DNA from: a virus
IMG/VR virus record: IMGVR_UViG_3300045988_129445
Length of the DNA: 64,000 nucleotides
Strand: one strand, 5' to 3'
The first letter of the stretch is position 1, and every line of letters begins with the position of its first letter. Below the pieces are notes generated by a model that did no database searches, was not told the DNA's origin, and saw only the letters and a list, made by a program, of their open reading frames with translations. Below are positions 44,631 through 54,273 of this stretch, in pieces. Position numbers and translations under genes: made by a program.

Positions 44631-45665
44631 GTGAAAGCTTTAAATAATATTCTGTCTGGGCATTCGGCTGATGAATTGGATAAATTATTTGTGTCCGATC
44701 CACATTATGCAGAGTTTTTAAAATATGTAAACTGGCGAAAAAATTGTGAAATGGGAAGAACTACATGGGGCTTCATTGATTATAATTTAGGAACATTGTT
44801 TAAATATGCAAGTAAATATTCGGTATGTGAGCAGTTCTTTGCTATAGGATTTACACATAAACAAGTCACAGAAGATTTTAAATATTCAATCAATGAAGTA
44901 CCAAAATGGTTAAGGAATTATTGTCTTGGTGTGAAGAATAGACGATTGTTAAGTAATGATTTTGTTGATTTTTATAAGATGTATCCAGATTATGTACAAA
45001 CGATTTTACAGACAGAGTATATGACATTAACTAAAGAATATTTAATAAATTTCTTCGAGGATAATCATAGATATCGTTTTACGAAAATTTTGGAGGCTTT
45101 AAATCAGGATTATGGCTATAATCTTGCAGATGTGTTTGTTTATATAGATAGAATAATTACATTTGAAGCTGCTACCAATAGTATAAATTGGTTACTCGGA
45201 GAATTGCGTGATTATGCTCGTATGATGGACGCAATCAGTCATAAATTTGATAGATATCCAAGACATTTCAAAACAACAATGGATATTGTCACAAGAAATT
45301 ACAAAAGATTGCAAAAAGAATTTTCGGAAGAAGTCTTTAAGAACCGTATTAATAAAGAATATGAATTTACATATAAAGGACTGAGATTCTTTTATCCGAA
45401 TTGTACTCAAGATATTAAAGACGAAGCGGTACAGCAGAATAATTGTGTGGCAAGTTACATAGATCGAGTCATTGATGGCGAATGCCACATTATGTTCTTA
45501 AGAAGAGTAAAAGAACCAAACAAATCGTTAGTGACGATTGAAATACAAAATGGACGAATCGTACAAGCGCTGCAAAGATTCAACGATCCTCTAACTGCTG
45601 ATCAGCAAGAAGCGGTCGATGCATGGAATGAACATTTTAGTAAGAAAGGTAAGGTGGCAGCATGA
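44631..45665 (+). CDS. hypothetical protein (344 aa, GTG start; the same frame stays open upstream to 44517 without a canonical start)
   Basis: Track ORF; upstream in-frame stretch reads ITITAEKQGKFIIFHLDDGKTCKYDLSNGDCYGKSGKK. Confidence 0.5.
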   Translation: MKALNNILSGHSADELDKLFVSDPHYAEFLKYVNWRKNCEMGRTTWGFIDYNLGTLFKYASKYSVCEQFFAIGFTHKQVTEDFKYSINEVPKWLRNYCLGVKNRRLLSNDFVDFYKMYPDYVQTILQTEYMTLTKEYLINFFEDNHRYRFTKILEALNQDYGYNLADVFVYIDRIITFEAATNSINWLLGELRDYARMMDAISHKFDRYPRHFKTTMDIVTRNYKRLQKEFSEEVFKNRINKEYEFTYKGLRFFYPNCTQDIKDEAVQQNNCVASYIDRVIDGECHIMFLRRVKEPNKSLVTIEIQNGRIVQALQRFNDPLTADQQEAVDAWNEHFSKKGKVAA

Positions 45666-46207
45666 TTAATATTAATGAATTAACTACAGATCGTAAGATT
45701 AAATTAAAGAAGCCAATGGGATGTTTCGATAATCTTGGCGAGGTATGCGAGATTGTTAAGATTGATACAGATGAAAATGTTATCAATTTTAGATTTGGTG
45801 TAGATGGAGTGCATCTTGGTGTGATGTCAGGAGATGAATTAGAGAAATATTTTGATGTCATTGAACCAGCTGTTGTACCAGATGATTATGATTGGCATCC
45901 ATATGGGTTTATTGAAGATAATCCAGTTGAGTACATGGCATTGAAAAATGGCGGTATTTTGATGGAGACTACATATAATGGAGAAGATGGAATGATTTCT
46001 GTGGAGTATTGTCATCCTGAAAATCCTTATCGGCAAATTAAAAATGGGCAAAGAGGTAAGTTTTATGAAGATGATTTAAAGGTTGCTTTTTTCAAATTAC
46101 AGAAATCATATTATGATCAATTATATGAAGATATACAAGAAGAAGTCGAATTAGATTTTATGAAAAATAAAGATAAATTGGTAGCAGTTGAAGTCAATGA
46201 ACGGTAA
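45662..46207 (+). CDS. hypothetical protein (181 aa)
   Basis: Overlapping start (GCATGA). Confidence 0.5.
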   Translation: MININELTTDRKIKLKKPMGCFDNLGEVCEIVKIDTDENVINFRFGVDGVHLGVMSGDELEKYFDVIEPAVVPDDYDWHPYGFIEDNPVEYMALKNGGILMETTYNGEDGMISVEYCHPENPYRQIKNGQRGKFYEDDLKVAFFKLQKSYYDQLYEDIQEEVELDFMKNKDKLVAVEVNER

Positions 46208-46213
46208 GATGCA

Positions 46214-46420
46214 ATGATAGATAATGTAAAACTAACAATCCGAATATTTTCAATTGCAGTGTGCGTATTGTTGTATGTAGTTATCTGGGTTTGGTTCATA
46301 ATTACTGGTTGTGATGATTCATCCTATTGGGATTGGACTAAATATTATAGGACATTTTTCTTATGGATTATGTTACATGTAGTATGCTTAATTGGAGTAA
46401 TTATATGGGCTTGGTGTTAG
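46214..46420 (+). CDS. small membrane protein (68 aa)
   Basis: Two hydrophobic helices (IFSIAVCVLLYVVIWVWFII; LWIMLHVVCLIGVIIWAW). Confidence 0.45.
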   Translation: MIDNVKLTIRIFSIAVCVLLYVVIWVWFIITGCDDSSYWDWTKYYRTFFLWIMLHVVCLIGVIIWAWC

Positions 46421-46435
46421 AAAGAGGTGATAAAG

Positions 46436-46822
46436 ATGGGCGATTTTAAAGTTGGAGACGAAGTGTATTTTGCTTGGTACGATGAACCATATACTGTTAA
46501 ATCTGGAATTATTACGGAGATTAAATGTCTTGGCGATCTAATATATATAATGATACAAGACAGTATAACGCATGGTTTATATATGGTTCTTTTAGAAGAG
46601 ATATATCGCACTGAATCAGAAATAAAAGCGGTTCTAAAACGAGAGTTTTATGTCAAAGTAAATGAAGTCAAAAAAGACATTCACACCTTAGAAGACTTGC
46701 TGAAATTCATGTACAATAATAATCTTACAATTGATGAAGATGATGGACATTGCGTTCGGGAAGAGCGTGTTGCAGTGAGAGAACTGGCGAAAGAAATTTG
46801 CGGTATTGAGCTAGGAGAGTAA
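46436..46822 (+). CDS. hypothetical protein (128 aa); paralogous to the 47231 gene; start moved to ATG 46436
   Basis: AAAGAGGTGATAAAG ribosome-binding site; shared block TLEDLLKFMYNNN...KEICGIELGE. Confidence 0.5.
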   Translation: MGDFKVGDEVYFAWYDEPYTVKSGIITEIKCLGDLIYIMIQDSITHGLYMVLLEEIYRTESEIKAVLKREFYVKVNEVKKDIHTLEDLLKFMYNNNLTIDEDDGHCVREERVAVRELAKEICGIELGE

Positions 46823-46828
46823 TGAAAT

Positions 46829-47182
46829 ATGAATGAAAGTAAAGATTATAAAAGTGAAAAATATTTAGTAGTAACTGTTGGCGATAACGATTTTTATAAC
46901 GATATATATGTAGTTTGTAATTTGTTATATTATCATTTTCAAAGTAGAGGAGAGTATCCAGAATCGAAAGAGGACTTAGAACTACTGAAGCCAATTATTC
47001 AGAATCTAATATATCAGAGCACAGAATTGCGAAGATATAATAATAAAGATTATCCCGCTAGCAAATTAGAATATTTTGTGCCCGACTTATGGTTTTCTGA
47101 TAAATCTGGATTAAAATGGCTTGATGATACTGAGTTTTGTGTTATTCCAATGTTCAGTGGGGCAAAAGTTTTTATGAAATAA
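46829..47182 (+). CDS. hypothetical protein (117 aa)
   Basis: Track ORF. Confidence 0.5.
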   Translation: MNESKDYKSEKYLVVTVGDNDFYNDIYVVCNLLYYHFQSRGEYPESKEDLELLKPIIQNLIYQSTELRRYNNKDYPASKLEYFVPDLWFSDKSGLKWLDDTEFCVIPMFSGAKVFMK

Positions 47183-47195
47183 AAGGAGAAACATA

Positions 47196-47234
47196 ATGAA
47201 GAAAGAAATTTGTGGGATTGAGTTAGGAGAGTGA
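47196..47234 (+). repeat. 33-bp duplicated gene-end block encoding the mini-ORF MKKEICGIELGE; copy of 46786-46822
   Basis: AAAGAAATTTG(C/T)GG(T/G)ATTGAG(C/T)TAGGAGAGT(A/G)A is present at both sites; the second copy has its own AAAAGGAGAAA ribosome-binding site. Confidence 0.5.
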
Positions 47235-47860
47235 AATTAGTGAAAGAATTAAAAATTGGAAATCATTTCTGGGGAATTCAACGAGGAAGTGATGAGACTG
47301 ATAGGACAATTGTTGATGGTAAGATTATATCTATTAACAAGATAAGAAACCACGAAGGAAAACTTGTAACGTATATTGAATTAGATAATGGGTTTGTTTC
47401 TAGTTCTTCAGTAAATATTGATGATATTTATGAGAGTGGAGATGAAGCAATGAACGCTTATCATGAAGAAAGCCGCCATATGATTGATAAATATAAATCG
47501 ACCATTAATACCATAGGTGATCTTATTATATTTATGTTTAATAATGGTGTGGGATATGATGAGTATTACGAAAATTATGAAGTTTATCAAACAGTTATAG
47601 AAAAAGCAAAAGAACTGTTAGGAATTAAATTAAAGAGGAAAATTTTGTGTAATTATTGCCATAAAACATCTCTGTATAAAACATGTGAAAAGCCAGTTAC
47701 AAAAGAGGCGCTAGGAGTAGAATATACTTATCTTGAAAAATACGGTGTTTGTGAGAATTGTGGATGCGAAATTTGTGTCCCAGAATATTATGAAGAAAAT
47801 CTTAAAAGGATGCGTCAGGCATATAGCGATGCAGAGAGTAAAAAGAAAGGAGATAAATAG
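47231..47860 (+). CDS. hypothetical protein (209 aa, GTG start) with C-terminal Cys cluster; paralogous to the 46436 gene
   Basis: TIGDLIIFMFNNGVGYDEY...KAKELLGIKL resembles the upstream paralog; C-terminal CNYCHK...CENCGCEIC. Confidence 0.5.
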   Translation: MKLVKELKIGNHFWGIQRGSDETDRTIVDGKIISINKIRNHEGKLVTYIELDNGFVSSSSVNIDDIYESGDEAMNAYHEESRHMIDKYKSTINTIGDLIIFMFNNGVGYDEYYENYEVYQTVIEKAKELLGIKLKRKILCNYCHKTSLYKTCEKPVTKEALGVEYTYLEKYGVCENCGCEICVPEYYEENLKRMRQAYSDAESKKKGDK

Positions 47861-47861
47861 A

Positions 47862-48308
47862 GTGAAGAAAGAAGATAATAAAGTGTTTACATACGGGCAG
47901 TTAGAAGCATTAAGAGATGGTTTAGCACTTCCAATGGATGAGGTTGGATCAAATAAGCAAGATCATATACTTCGAAAATATTATAATATATGTAGTTTAC
48001 TTGATACGTTTCAACTGACGAAATCACTAGTTGATGAACTAAAATGTCAACCGATTGCAGCGAGATATTTTGTTTTTTCGCTATGGAATGAATTGGTGAA
48101 TTCGTGTATTAATGCGTGCGGTACACTGACCGTGGACGATATAGAGAATCGAGATTTCAAAAAGCCACTATCTACTAAAATCAATGCGAAACAGTACATT
48201 CATGTATTAAATGATATGATTTCCGTAAATGATTATACAACAATTCAAGATGAGGCGTTGCAGTTTGCAATTGATGCAATTAAGGAGAAATATAATGGAG
48301 AAAAGTAA
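47862..48308 (+). CDS. hypothetical protein (148 aa, GTG start)
   Basis: AAGGAG at 47846 then GTG at 47862; the track ORF 47733 start lies inside the preceding gene. Confidence 0.45.
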   Translation: MKKEDNKVFTYGQLEALRDGLALPMDEVGSNKQDHILRKYYNICSLLDTFQLTKSLVDELKCQPIAARYFVFSLWNELVNSCINACGTLTVDDIENRDFKKPLSTKINAKQYIHVLNDMISVNDYTTIQDEALQFAIDAIKEKYNGEK

Positions 48309-48519
48309 ATTACATACACCTGAAGAGATTCTAAATGCATTGCATGTAATTCAGGATACATGTGAGTATTATCTTCATGGCAATGATGAAGATTGCAAAA
48401 AATGCCCATTATGTACAATGACAGGGAGGGCGCCAAGTTGTACGATTAGAGATTCTGATCCTTATGTTTGGGAGATTGATGATGATCCAGATACTACGTG
48501 GCGAGCATTTAAGAAGTAG
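48294..48519 (+). CDS. small Cys-rich protein (75 aa), tandem paralog 1
   Basis: AGGAGAAATATA then ATG 48294; IQDTCEYYLHGNDEDCKKCPLCTMTG. Confidence 0.45.
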
Positions 48520-48530
48520 GAGGCATTTAT

Positions 48531-48767
48531 ATGGATGAGAAAAATTATGGAGAGTATACGGAAGAAGCAGTGGCTGTTGCACTAAAAACAATTCAAGATA
48601 TTTGTACTATTAACAAAGATAGTTGTGGTTGTAATATCACATGTCCGTTTTTAGAATTACTAGATGGCGGGACTAGGCAAATATGTTCTATTACCTATAG
48701 TCATCCTGGTTATTGGAGATTGAACGAATTTCCGCCCAAACAATGGGTGCCTTTTTGCAAGGGATAA
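48531..48767 (+). CDS. small Cys-rich protein (78 aa), tandem paralog 2
   Basis: IQDICTINKDSCGCNITCPFLELLDGG shares the IQD-C...C-C...CP pattern with the upstream gene. Confidence 0.45.
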   Translation: MDEKNYGEYTEEAVAVALKTIQDICTINKDSCGCNITCPFLELLDGGTRQICSITYSHPGYWRLNEFPPKQWVPFCKG

Positions 48768-48797
48768 TTACATAAAAACAAGTAAATAAAGGAGTAA

Positions 48798-49337
48798 ATG
48801 TCGTTGAAATTAAATGACGAACAGAGAAAATTAGTAGAACAAAATCATAATTTGATTTACTCTGCTATGACAAAATGCGGTATCCGCAGACAAGATTTTG
48901 ATGACTATTATGGATTCGCTGCCATTGGGTTGTGTAAGGCAGCAATTGATTATGATGAATCCAAAGCTAAATCATTCTCTACATATGCATATAAATGTAT
49001 GCAAAAAGAAATTATAGCATATACTCGATGGAGATTTGCAGATAAAAGAGATGAACGACTTACCTTATCGTACAATCAGTTAATGAATGATTTAGATGAA
49101 GACGAAAAAGAATATTCTTTTTTGCTATCTGATAAAAAAAATAATGAAAAAAAATTAATTTTCTTTTTGTGTTTTGATGAACAAATGCGAATACTAAATA
49201 ATAAGGACAGGTTAATTATTAATTTAAAGGCAAAAGGGTATACGAACGAAGAAATAGGAAATACCATTGGTGTTACATATCAAGCAATTCAATATCAATT
49301 GAAAAAAATTAAAAATAAATTAATCCCATCCTTATAA
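48798..49337 (+). CDS. sigma-70-family sigma factor, TcdR/UviA-like (179 aa); paralog of the 41511 gene
   Basis: N-terminal LNDEQRKLVEQNHNLIY compared with LNDEQRKLIEDNYSLIW in the paralog; region 2 AIGLCKAAIDYDESKAKSFSTYAYKCMQKEI; region 4 YTNEEIGNTIGVTYQAIQYQLKKIKNKL. Confidence 0.7.
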   Translation: MSLKLNDEQRKLVEQNHNLIYSAMTKCGIRRQDFDDYYGFAAIGLCKAAIDYDESKAKSFSTYAYKCMQKEIIAYTRWRFADKRDERLTLSYNQLMNDLDEDEKEYSFLLSDKKNNEKKLIFFLCFDEQMRILNNKDRLIINLKAKGYTNEEIGNTIGVTYQAIQYQLKKIKNKLIPSL

Positions 49338-49341
49338 TTTC

Positions 49342-49371
49342 AAAAAAGCTTTTTGCTTTTATTATTTTTTT
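49342..49371 (+). terminator. rho-independent terminator
   Basis: AAAAGC-ttttt-GCTTTT then ATTATTTTTTT. Confidence 0.5.
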
Positions 49372-49544
49372 GACGCATTTGTTATAAATGTACTAGAACG
49401 ATTATAGCAATATAAGACGATCAGATAAAATTATTTTTTGTTCCTGTTGGCTTTGGCAGAGTTGACAGTGGATATAAATTGATGACTTATTTACAAACTA
49501 AAAACTAACTAAACAAATTTAATAACAGAAAGAGGTAAATTTAT

Positions 49545-50666
49545 TTGGCAGAAAACACAAAATCTAAAAGACTTTTCAACTTACCAGAAACTAAAGGTAC
49601 ATTTCAGTTAGAAGGATTAATCACTGATTGTGCAAAAGACGACTTTTACAAGGAAGGTAAAACGCAGAAAGGCAAAGATAAACGAACGTTATCTTTCGGA
49701 GTTAAGGTAGAACCTGACGTAAAAGTTAAATGTAAAATCCAGGCATTTGAAAAACCAAAAGTTTATTTCCTTAAAAGAGAAAAGAACGGTAAAAAAACTA
49801 CATACAAAACTAAGGATATTCCTTGGGCTGACCGTTTTAAATCTGTTAAGGAGCTTGGGCTTGGAGATGATTGGTCATTGATTGGTTCAAGGGTTGGTCT
49901 TGAGAAAGAGACTAATGATAAAGGACAGGTCGTTAACAAAAAACTGGTATTAGATCCATTTGATTTAACAAAATATGCTTCAGAACACATGGCAGATAAC
50001 CAGAGTGTATTCATTAAAGGAGATATTGAATATGGAAGTTTTACTGGGGAAAACGGAACTAAACGCCAGTGGTCAAGAATGTCTCCAACACAGATTAGTT
50101 TAACAAGTAAAGAAATTGATCTTGATGATGAGGAGCATAAAGTAAGATCTGATTTTAAACAGACAATGGTTTTTACAAATATTGAACAGGAAAAAGAAGA
50201 TGATGTGCCAACAGGACGTTTTATCGTTTATGGAAAGATTATTGGTTATTCATCTGTTGATGATGCTGAATTCTATATGACAAATAAGAAATTAGCAAAA
50301 ACTTTTAAGAAGAATGTTAAGCCATATTCATCTATTGAAGTTTGGGGACATATTAAGACAGAAATTCAGACAGAAGAAGTTGAAGTAGAAGATGATGGAT
50401 GGGGAGAAGCAGATCCTACAAAGAGAGTCGTAGATTCTGCAAGAAAAGAACTTATTATCACTGGCGCAAGCAAAGATAGTATTGATGCAGAAACATACAC
50501 CAGAGAAGCAATTGATGCAGCGATTGAAGCTATTAAAAAGGCAGAAGCAGCAAGAAGTGATTTCGGTGAGTCTGATGACGAACAGACAAGTAGCTCTTCT
50601 ACAGATGATGAATGGGGATCTGGTTTTGATGATTCTTCAGATGATACTGAAGGCGATGTTTGGTAA
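49545..50666 (+). CDS. putative ssDNA-binding protein with SSB-like acidic C-terminal tail (373 aa, TTG start)
   Basis: AAGAGGTAAATTTA then TTG GCA; C-terminal SSSSTDDEWGSGFDDSSDDTEGDVW resembles SSB C-terminal tails; the OB fold is not verified. Confidence 0.4.
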   Translation: MAENTKSKRLFNLPETKGTFQLEGLITDCAKDDFYKEGKTQKGKDKRTLSFGVKVEPDVKVKCKIQAFEKPKVYFLKREKNGKKTTYKTKDIPWADRFKSVKELGLGDDWSLIGSRVGLEKETNDKGQVVNKKLVLDPFDLTKYASEHMADNQSVFIKGDIEYGSFTGENGTKRQWSRMSPTQISLTSKEIDLDDEEHKVRSDFKQTMVFTNIEQEKEDDVPTGRFIVYGKIIGYSSVDDAEFYMTNKKLAKTFKKNVKPYSSIEVWGHIKTEIQTEEVEVEDDGWGEADPTKRVVDSARKELIITGASKDSIDAETYTREAIDAAIEAIKKAEAARSDFGESDDEQTSSSSTDDEWGSGFDDSSDDTEGDVW

Positions 50667-50730
50667 GAACAATTCTAAATCATTTCACAAATAAATAACA
50701 AAACAATATATACATAAAGGAGTTTTACAT

Positions 50731-51945
50731 TTGGCAAAAGCAAGAAAAGCAGCAAAAACACAGAGTAAATTGATGACTATTATTTATGGAGAACCTTTTA
50801 CTGGTAAAAGTACACTGGCAATGCAGTTAGCGTATTTTAAACGCCCAGATGGGAAACCTTTCAGAGTCTTATATTTAGACTCTGAATCAGGAAGTATTGA
50901 TGATTATTTACCAGAATTAGAGGAAAATGGTGTAAATCTCGAAAACATTTACATTGTTTACACTCAGAGTTTAGGAGAAGTAAGACATTATATTGATACA
51001 GTTAAAACAAACGGTGACTTCTACGAGCTTGATGACGATGGAGAAGAAACTGATGATGTAGTTTTAGACGCAGATGGTCTTCCATTTAGAGCTGACGCAA
51101 TTGTTGTAGATGGATCAACAATCTTAAATCTGACTACAAAACAGGGATTAATTGAGTTCTCTAAGAAAAGAAATCGTGTAAAAGCGGATGCTGCAAATAT
51201 GACAGGTGAAGCCAGACTTGTCAAGATTGAAGGTGCAGGTATGGAATTAAAAGATTACCAGACTGTAAACTTTAAAGGTCAGGATTTAATTCTTGATTTA
51301 TTAGCTTCTGGAGCACATTGTGTTGTAACAGCAAGAGAAAAAGATGAAACAGAATCTAAGATGATTGATGGTAAAAGAGAAACTGTTACGACAGGTCGTA
51401 AGATTATTGACGGATTTAAAGGTATGGATTATAACGCAAAAACAGTAATTCGTACATTCGTTGATAGTGAAACTGACATGGTTTGTGCTCAGATAGTGAA
51501 AGATAGAACACATACATATAAAAAGAACGAGATTGTAGAAGATCCACAGATGTTAGCTTGGCAGAAAGTTATTGATAATTCTGTTGGAAACAAAGAGTTT
51601 ACACTTGGTAATGCTCTTACAAAAGCAGTAGATGTTGAACAGAAAATCTATAAGAGAGAAATTCTTGGAGAAGCAGGTAAGCCAGTTTCCGAAGAGGAAG
51701 CAGAAAAAGAAGAATCTGGTGTGTCATCCAGTGAATCATCTAGTAAAAAAGATTCTGTTCAGGATGTAAAAAAACGAATTTCTGACAGAATCAAAAAATT
51801 AGCTCCTCCAAAACGACAGGAAATGAAAGATAAGCTCGCCAAAGAAGGATTACCTACCGCCTTTAGTCGTCTTAATGATCTTGATCAGCTAAAGAAGATT
51901 GAAGAAATCTTAGTGAAAAAAATCAAAGAAGATCAGGAAGGATAA
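50731..51945 (+). CDS. RecA-superfamily ATPase, Sak4/AAA_24-like recombination protein (404 aa, TTG start)
   Basis: Walker A IIYGEPFTGKSTLA; LYLDSESGS; Walker B-like AIVVDGST; same ATTTGGCA start context as the SSB-like gene. Confidence 0.6.
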   Translation: MAKARKAAKTQSKLMTIIYGEPFTGKSTLAMQLAYFKRPDGKPFRVLYLDSESGSIDDYLPELEENGVNLENIYIVYTQSLGEVRHYIDTVKTNGDFYELDDDGEETDDVVLDADGLPFRADAIVVDGSTILNLTTKQGLIEFSKKRNRVKADAANMTGEARLVKIEGAGMELKDYQTVNFKGQDLILDLLASGAHCVVTAREKDETESKMIDGKRETVTTGRKIIDGFKGMDYNAKTVIRTFVDSETDMVCAQIVKDRTHTYKKNEIVEDPQMLAWQKVIDNSVGNKEFTLGNALTKAVDVEQKIYKREILGEAGKPVSEEEAEKEESGVSSSESSSKKDSVQDVKKRISDRIKKLAPPKRQEMKDKLAKEGLPTAFSRLNDLDQLKKIEEILVKKIKEDQEG

Positions 51946-52024
51946 GGTGAAATTACAAAAGGGTTTATGTGGTAGCCATTTTGGCTACCTAATCCTTTGA
52001 TATTGGACGAGGAGTAACTGTAGC

Positions 52025-52720
52025 ATGGCAGATGTTTTAACAGTAAAATGCGCTTATTGTAAAGAAGTAATTGAACTTGATTTAGATAAAGTGCAAGAGA
52101 TTGTTAAATATGACAATAGTTATTATCACAAAGAATGTTTCCGCAAAATGTGTGAAGCAAAATTATTATCCAAAAATACTAAACATGACAAATGGTTATC
52201 TGCATTGTCTAAGATTGATGAATATAATCAGAAAGCACGAGTGTTACTTGAACCAAGATTGTTAGAAGACAAAGTATATCGGTTTATTCTTGATAATTAT
52301 AACTACATTGGTTCTATACCAGCATATGTTTTTACAAAATTGAAAAGTATTTATAAAGGTACATATCGTGGTCTGGTGAAACCAATTCCACCAAGTGATC
52401 TTTTAGATATGTGGAAGCGTCAAATGAAATATCTTAAGAAAAATCGAACATTTTTGATACAAAAAGGAACGATGGATGAAGATAATCCAACGCACCAGGT
52501 TAATTATGATTTGGCAGTTTTAGTAGGAAAGTATGATAGTTATTTACGATGGAAAGAGAAACAGAAATTAAATGAAGTAGACAAAAAGAATAATGAAAAA
52601 TTTGCAAAATCTTTTGTTGAAACAAATAATATCACAACTCAAAAAACTGTAGTAACAGCCACACAAGACGATAACATGGATGACATTTTAAGTGATATTT
52701 TTGGTGAGGGACTTGATTGA
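52025..52720 (+). CDS. hypothetical Zn-finger protein (231 aa); possible helicase-loader position
   Basis: CAYCKEV...YYHKECF; lies immediately upstream of the DnaB-like helicase and overlaps its start. Confidence 0.4.
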   Translation: MADVLTVKCAYCKEVIELDLDKVQEIVKYDNSYYHKECFRKMCEAKLLSKNTKHDKWLSALSKIDEYNQKARVLLEPRLLEDKVYRFILDNYNYIGSIPAYVFTKLKSIYKGTYRGLVKPIPPSDLLDMWKRQMKYLKKNRTFLIQKGTMDEDNPTHQVNYDLAVLVGKYDSYLRWKEKQKLNEVDKKNNEKFAKSFVETNNITTQKTVVTATQDDNMDDILSDIFGEGLD

Positions 52721-54270
52721 CAGAAGAAACAGTAGAACGTAAAAGTGTAACTAACATTCAGAGTGAAATGATGTTTATCGGTGCTTTGTATAAACAACCA
52801 GATTTATATGTTTCTTATGGTGGATATATGAGAAGCCAGTATGATTTCAGTGATGAGGCATGTAAATTCTTCTATGATATGTTTGAGATTATGTACAAAA
52901 CATTTACTCAGACGATTGAGGAAGACAAGGTAAATATGTTCATGAGTCAATCAGATGAAAGACTTAGGACATACAAAAGATACAAAGGGTGGAAGACAAT
53001 TTCATCATGGATGCAGGTTGCAGATTGTGATGATTTTAAAAAATATTATAATCTCGTTAAGAAATACTCTCTTGTAAGAGAATATGACAGAAATGGATAT
53101 CCTGTTCAACGAATTTTAAACCATAGGTTATTTGAAAAATGGGAAGCAAAAGATATTTATAGAGTGATTCGATCTCAGGCAGACAAAATTAACACTGTTA
53201 TTAGCGCAGGCGAAGATTCTGTCTTATTGAATAGTGGTGTTGAATCACAGGTTGAATCATTTTTATCAAAACCAGATTTAGGGATTCCGTTACCTTGGGC
53301 GATTCTCAATAAGATGTTTAGAGGATGTCGCCTTGGAAAGGTAATTTTTAATGGATTCTTAAGTAATGAAGGAAAATCAAGAAATATGATGTTGTTGATT
53401 GCATATATCGTATTGGCAATGGACGAGAAATTTTTATTACTCAGTAATGAGATGGATGAAGACGATTTACGAAATTGTTTAGTCGTTACAGTAATCAACA
53501 ACAAATGCTTCAAAGAGCTTCATGGGATTGATATTGAAAAGCCAGAAGAAGAAATAGTTCTTGGTATTTACAGAGATAACAATGGCAATGTGATTGAAAG
53601 AAAAACAAATGAAAATGGAGACTTTATTGAAACAGAAGAGGAATACAAACATAGAGTAGCCACTACGTCAGATGAGTTTCAGAAAGTTATGCAAGTTGCA
53701 AAATGGGTTGATCAGAAACGTCAAGGGAAATTATATTTCAAGGATGTTGGCTCTGATTATTCAGATTCGGCATTAGAGTTTGAATTTAGAAAACATCGTA
53801 TGTTATATGATGTGAAATATTGTGGTTATGACACGTTAAAAGGTTATCGTATTGATGATTGGCAAACAGTAAAACAGACAGCCACAAAAATTAAAGAACT
53901 TATGAAAGAGATCCATATGTTTTGCTTTTCTGTATTCCAGTTAACTGATGATACGGTGTATACAGATATATTCCAGCTAAGTAGTAATAATATTGCCAAT
54001 GCAAAACAGATTAAGCACGTTGCTGACATCTTAATGCTTGGTAAAAGATTACATCCTGACGAATATTACAAATATCAGTATATATCAATTAGTGATTGGG
54101 GAGAACCACAGGCGCATGATCTAAAAAAGGACAAGACATATTTCTGTATTAAGGTTGATAAAAACCGAGGCGGTAACAAGAATGTTATTCCAATTTTTGA
54201 AATCAATTTGGATTTAAATACTTGGGACGAAATAGGATATGTCATAAAACGAGAGAAAAACGGAGCGTAG
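52717..54270 (+). CDS. dnaB: DnaB-family replicative DNA helicase (517 aa, TTG start)
   Basis: N-domain ...MMFIGALYKQPDLYVSYGGYMRSQYDFSDEACKFFYDMFEIMY; C-terminal FCIKVDKNRGGNKNVIPIFEINLD resembles the DnaB C-terminus; divergent Walker A (NGFLSNEGKSRN). Confidence 0.65.
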   Translation: MTEETVERKSVTNIQSEMMFIGALYKQPDLYVSYGGYMRSQYDFSDEACKFFYDMFEIMYKTFTQTIEEDKVNMFMSQSDERLRTYKRYKGWKTISSWMQVADCDDFKKYYNLVKKYSLVREYDRNGYPVQRILNHRLFEKWEAKDIYRVIRSQADKINTVISAGEDSVLLNSGVESQVESFLSKPDLGIPLPWAILNKMFRGCRLGKVIFNGFLSNEGKSRNMMLLIAYIVLAMDEKFLLLSNEMDEDDLRNCLVVTVINNKCFKELHGIDIEKPEEEIVLGIYRDNNGNVIERKTNENGDFIETEEEYKHRVATTSDEFQKVMQVAKWVDQKRQGKLYFKDVGSDYSDSALEFEFRKHRMLYDVKYCGYDTLKGYRIDDWQTVKQTATKIKELMKEIHMFCFSVFQLTDDTVYTDIFQLSSNNIANAKQIKHVADILMLGKRLHPDEYYKYQYISISDWGEPQAHDLKKDKTYFCIKVDKNRGGNKNVIPIFEINLDLNTWDEIGYVIKREKNGA

Positions 54271-54273
54271 GTT

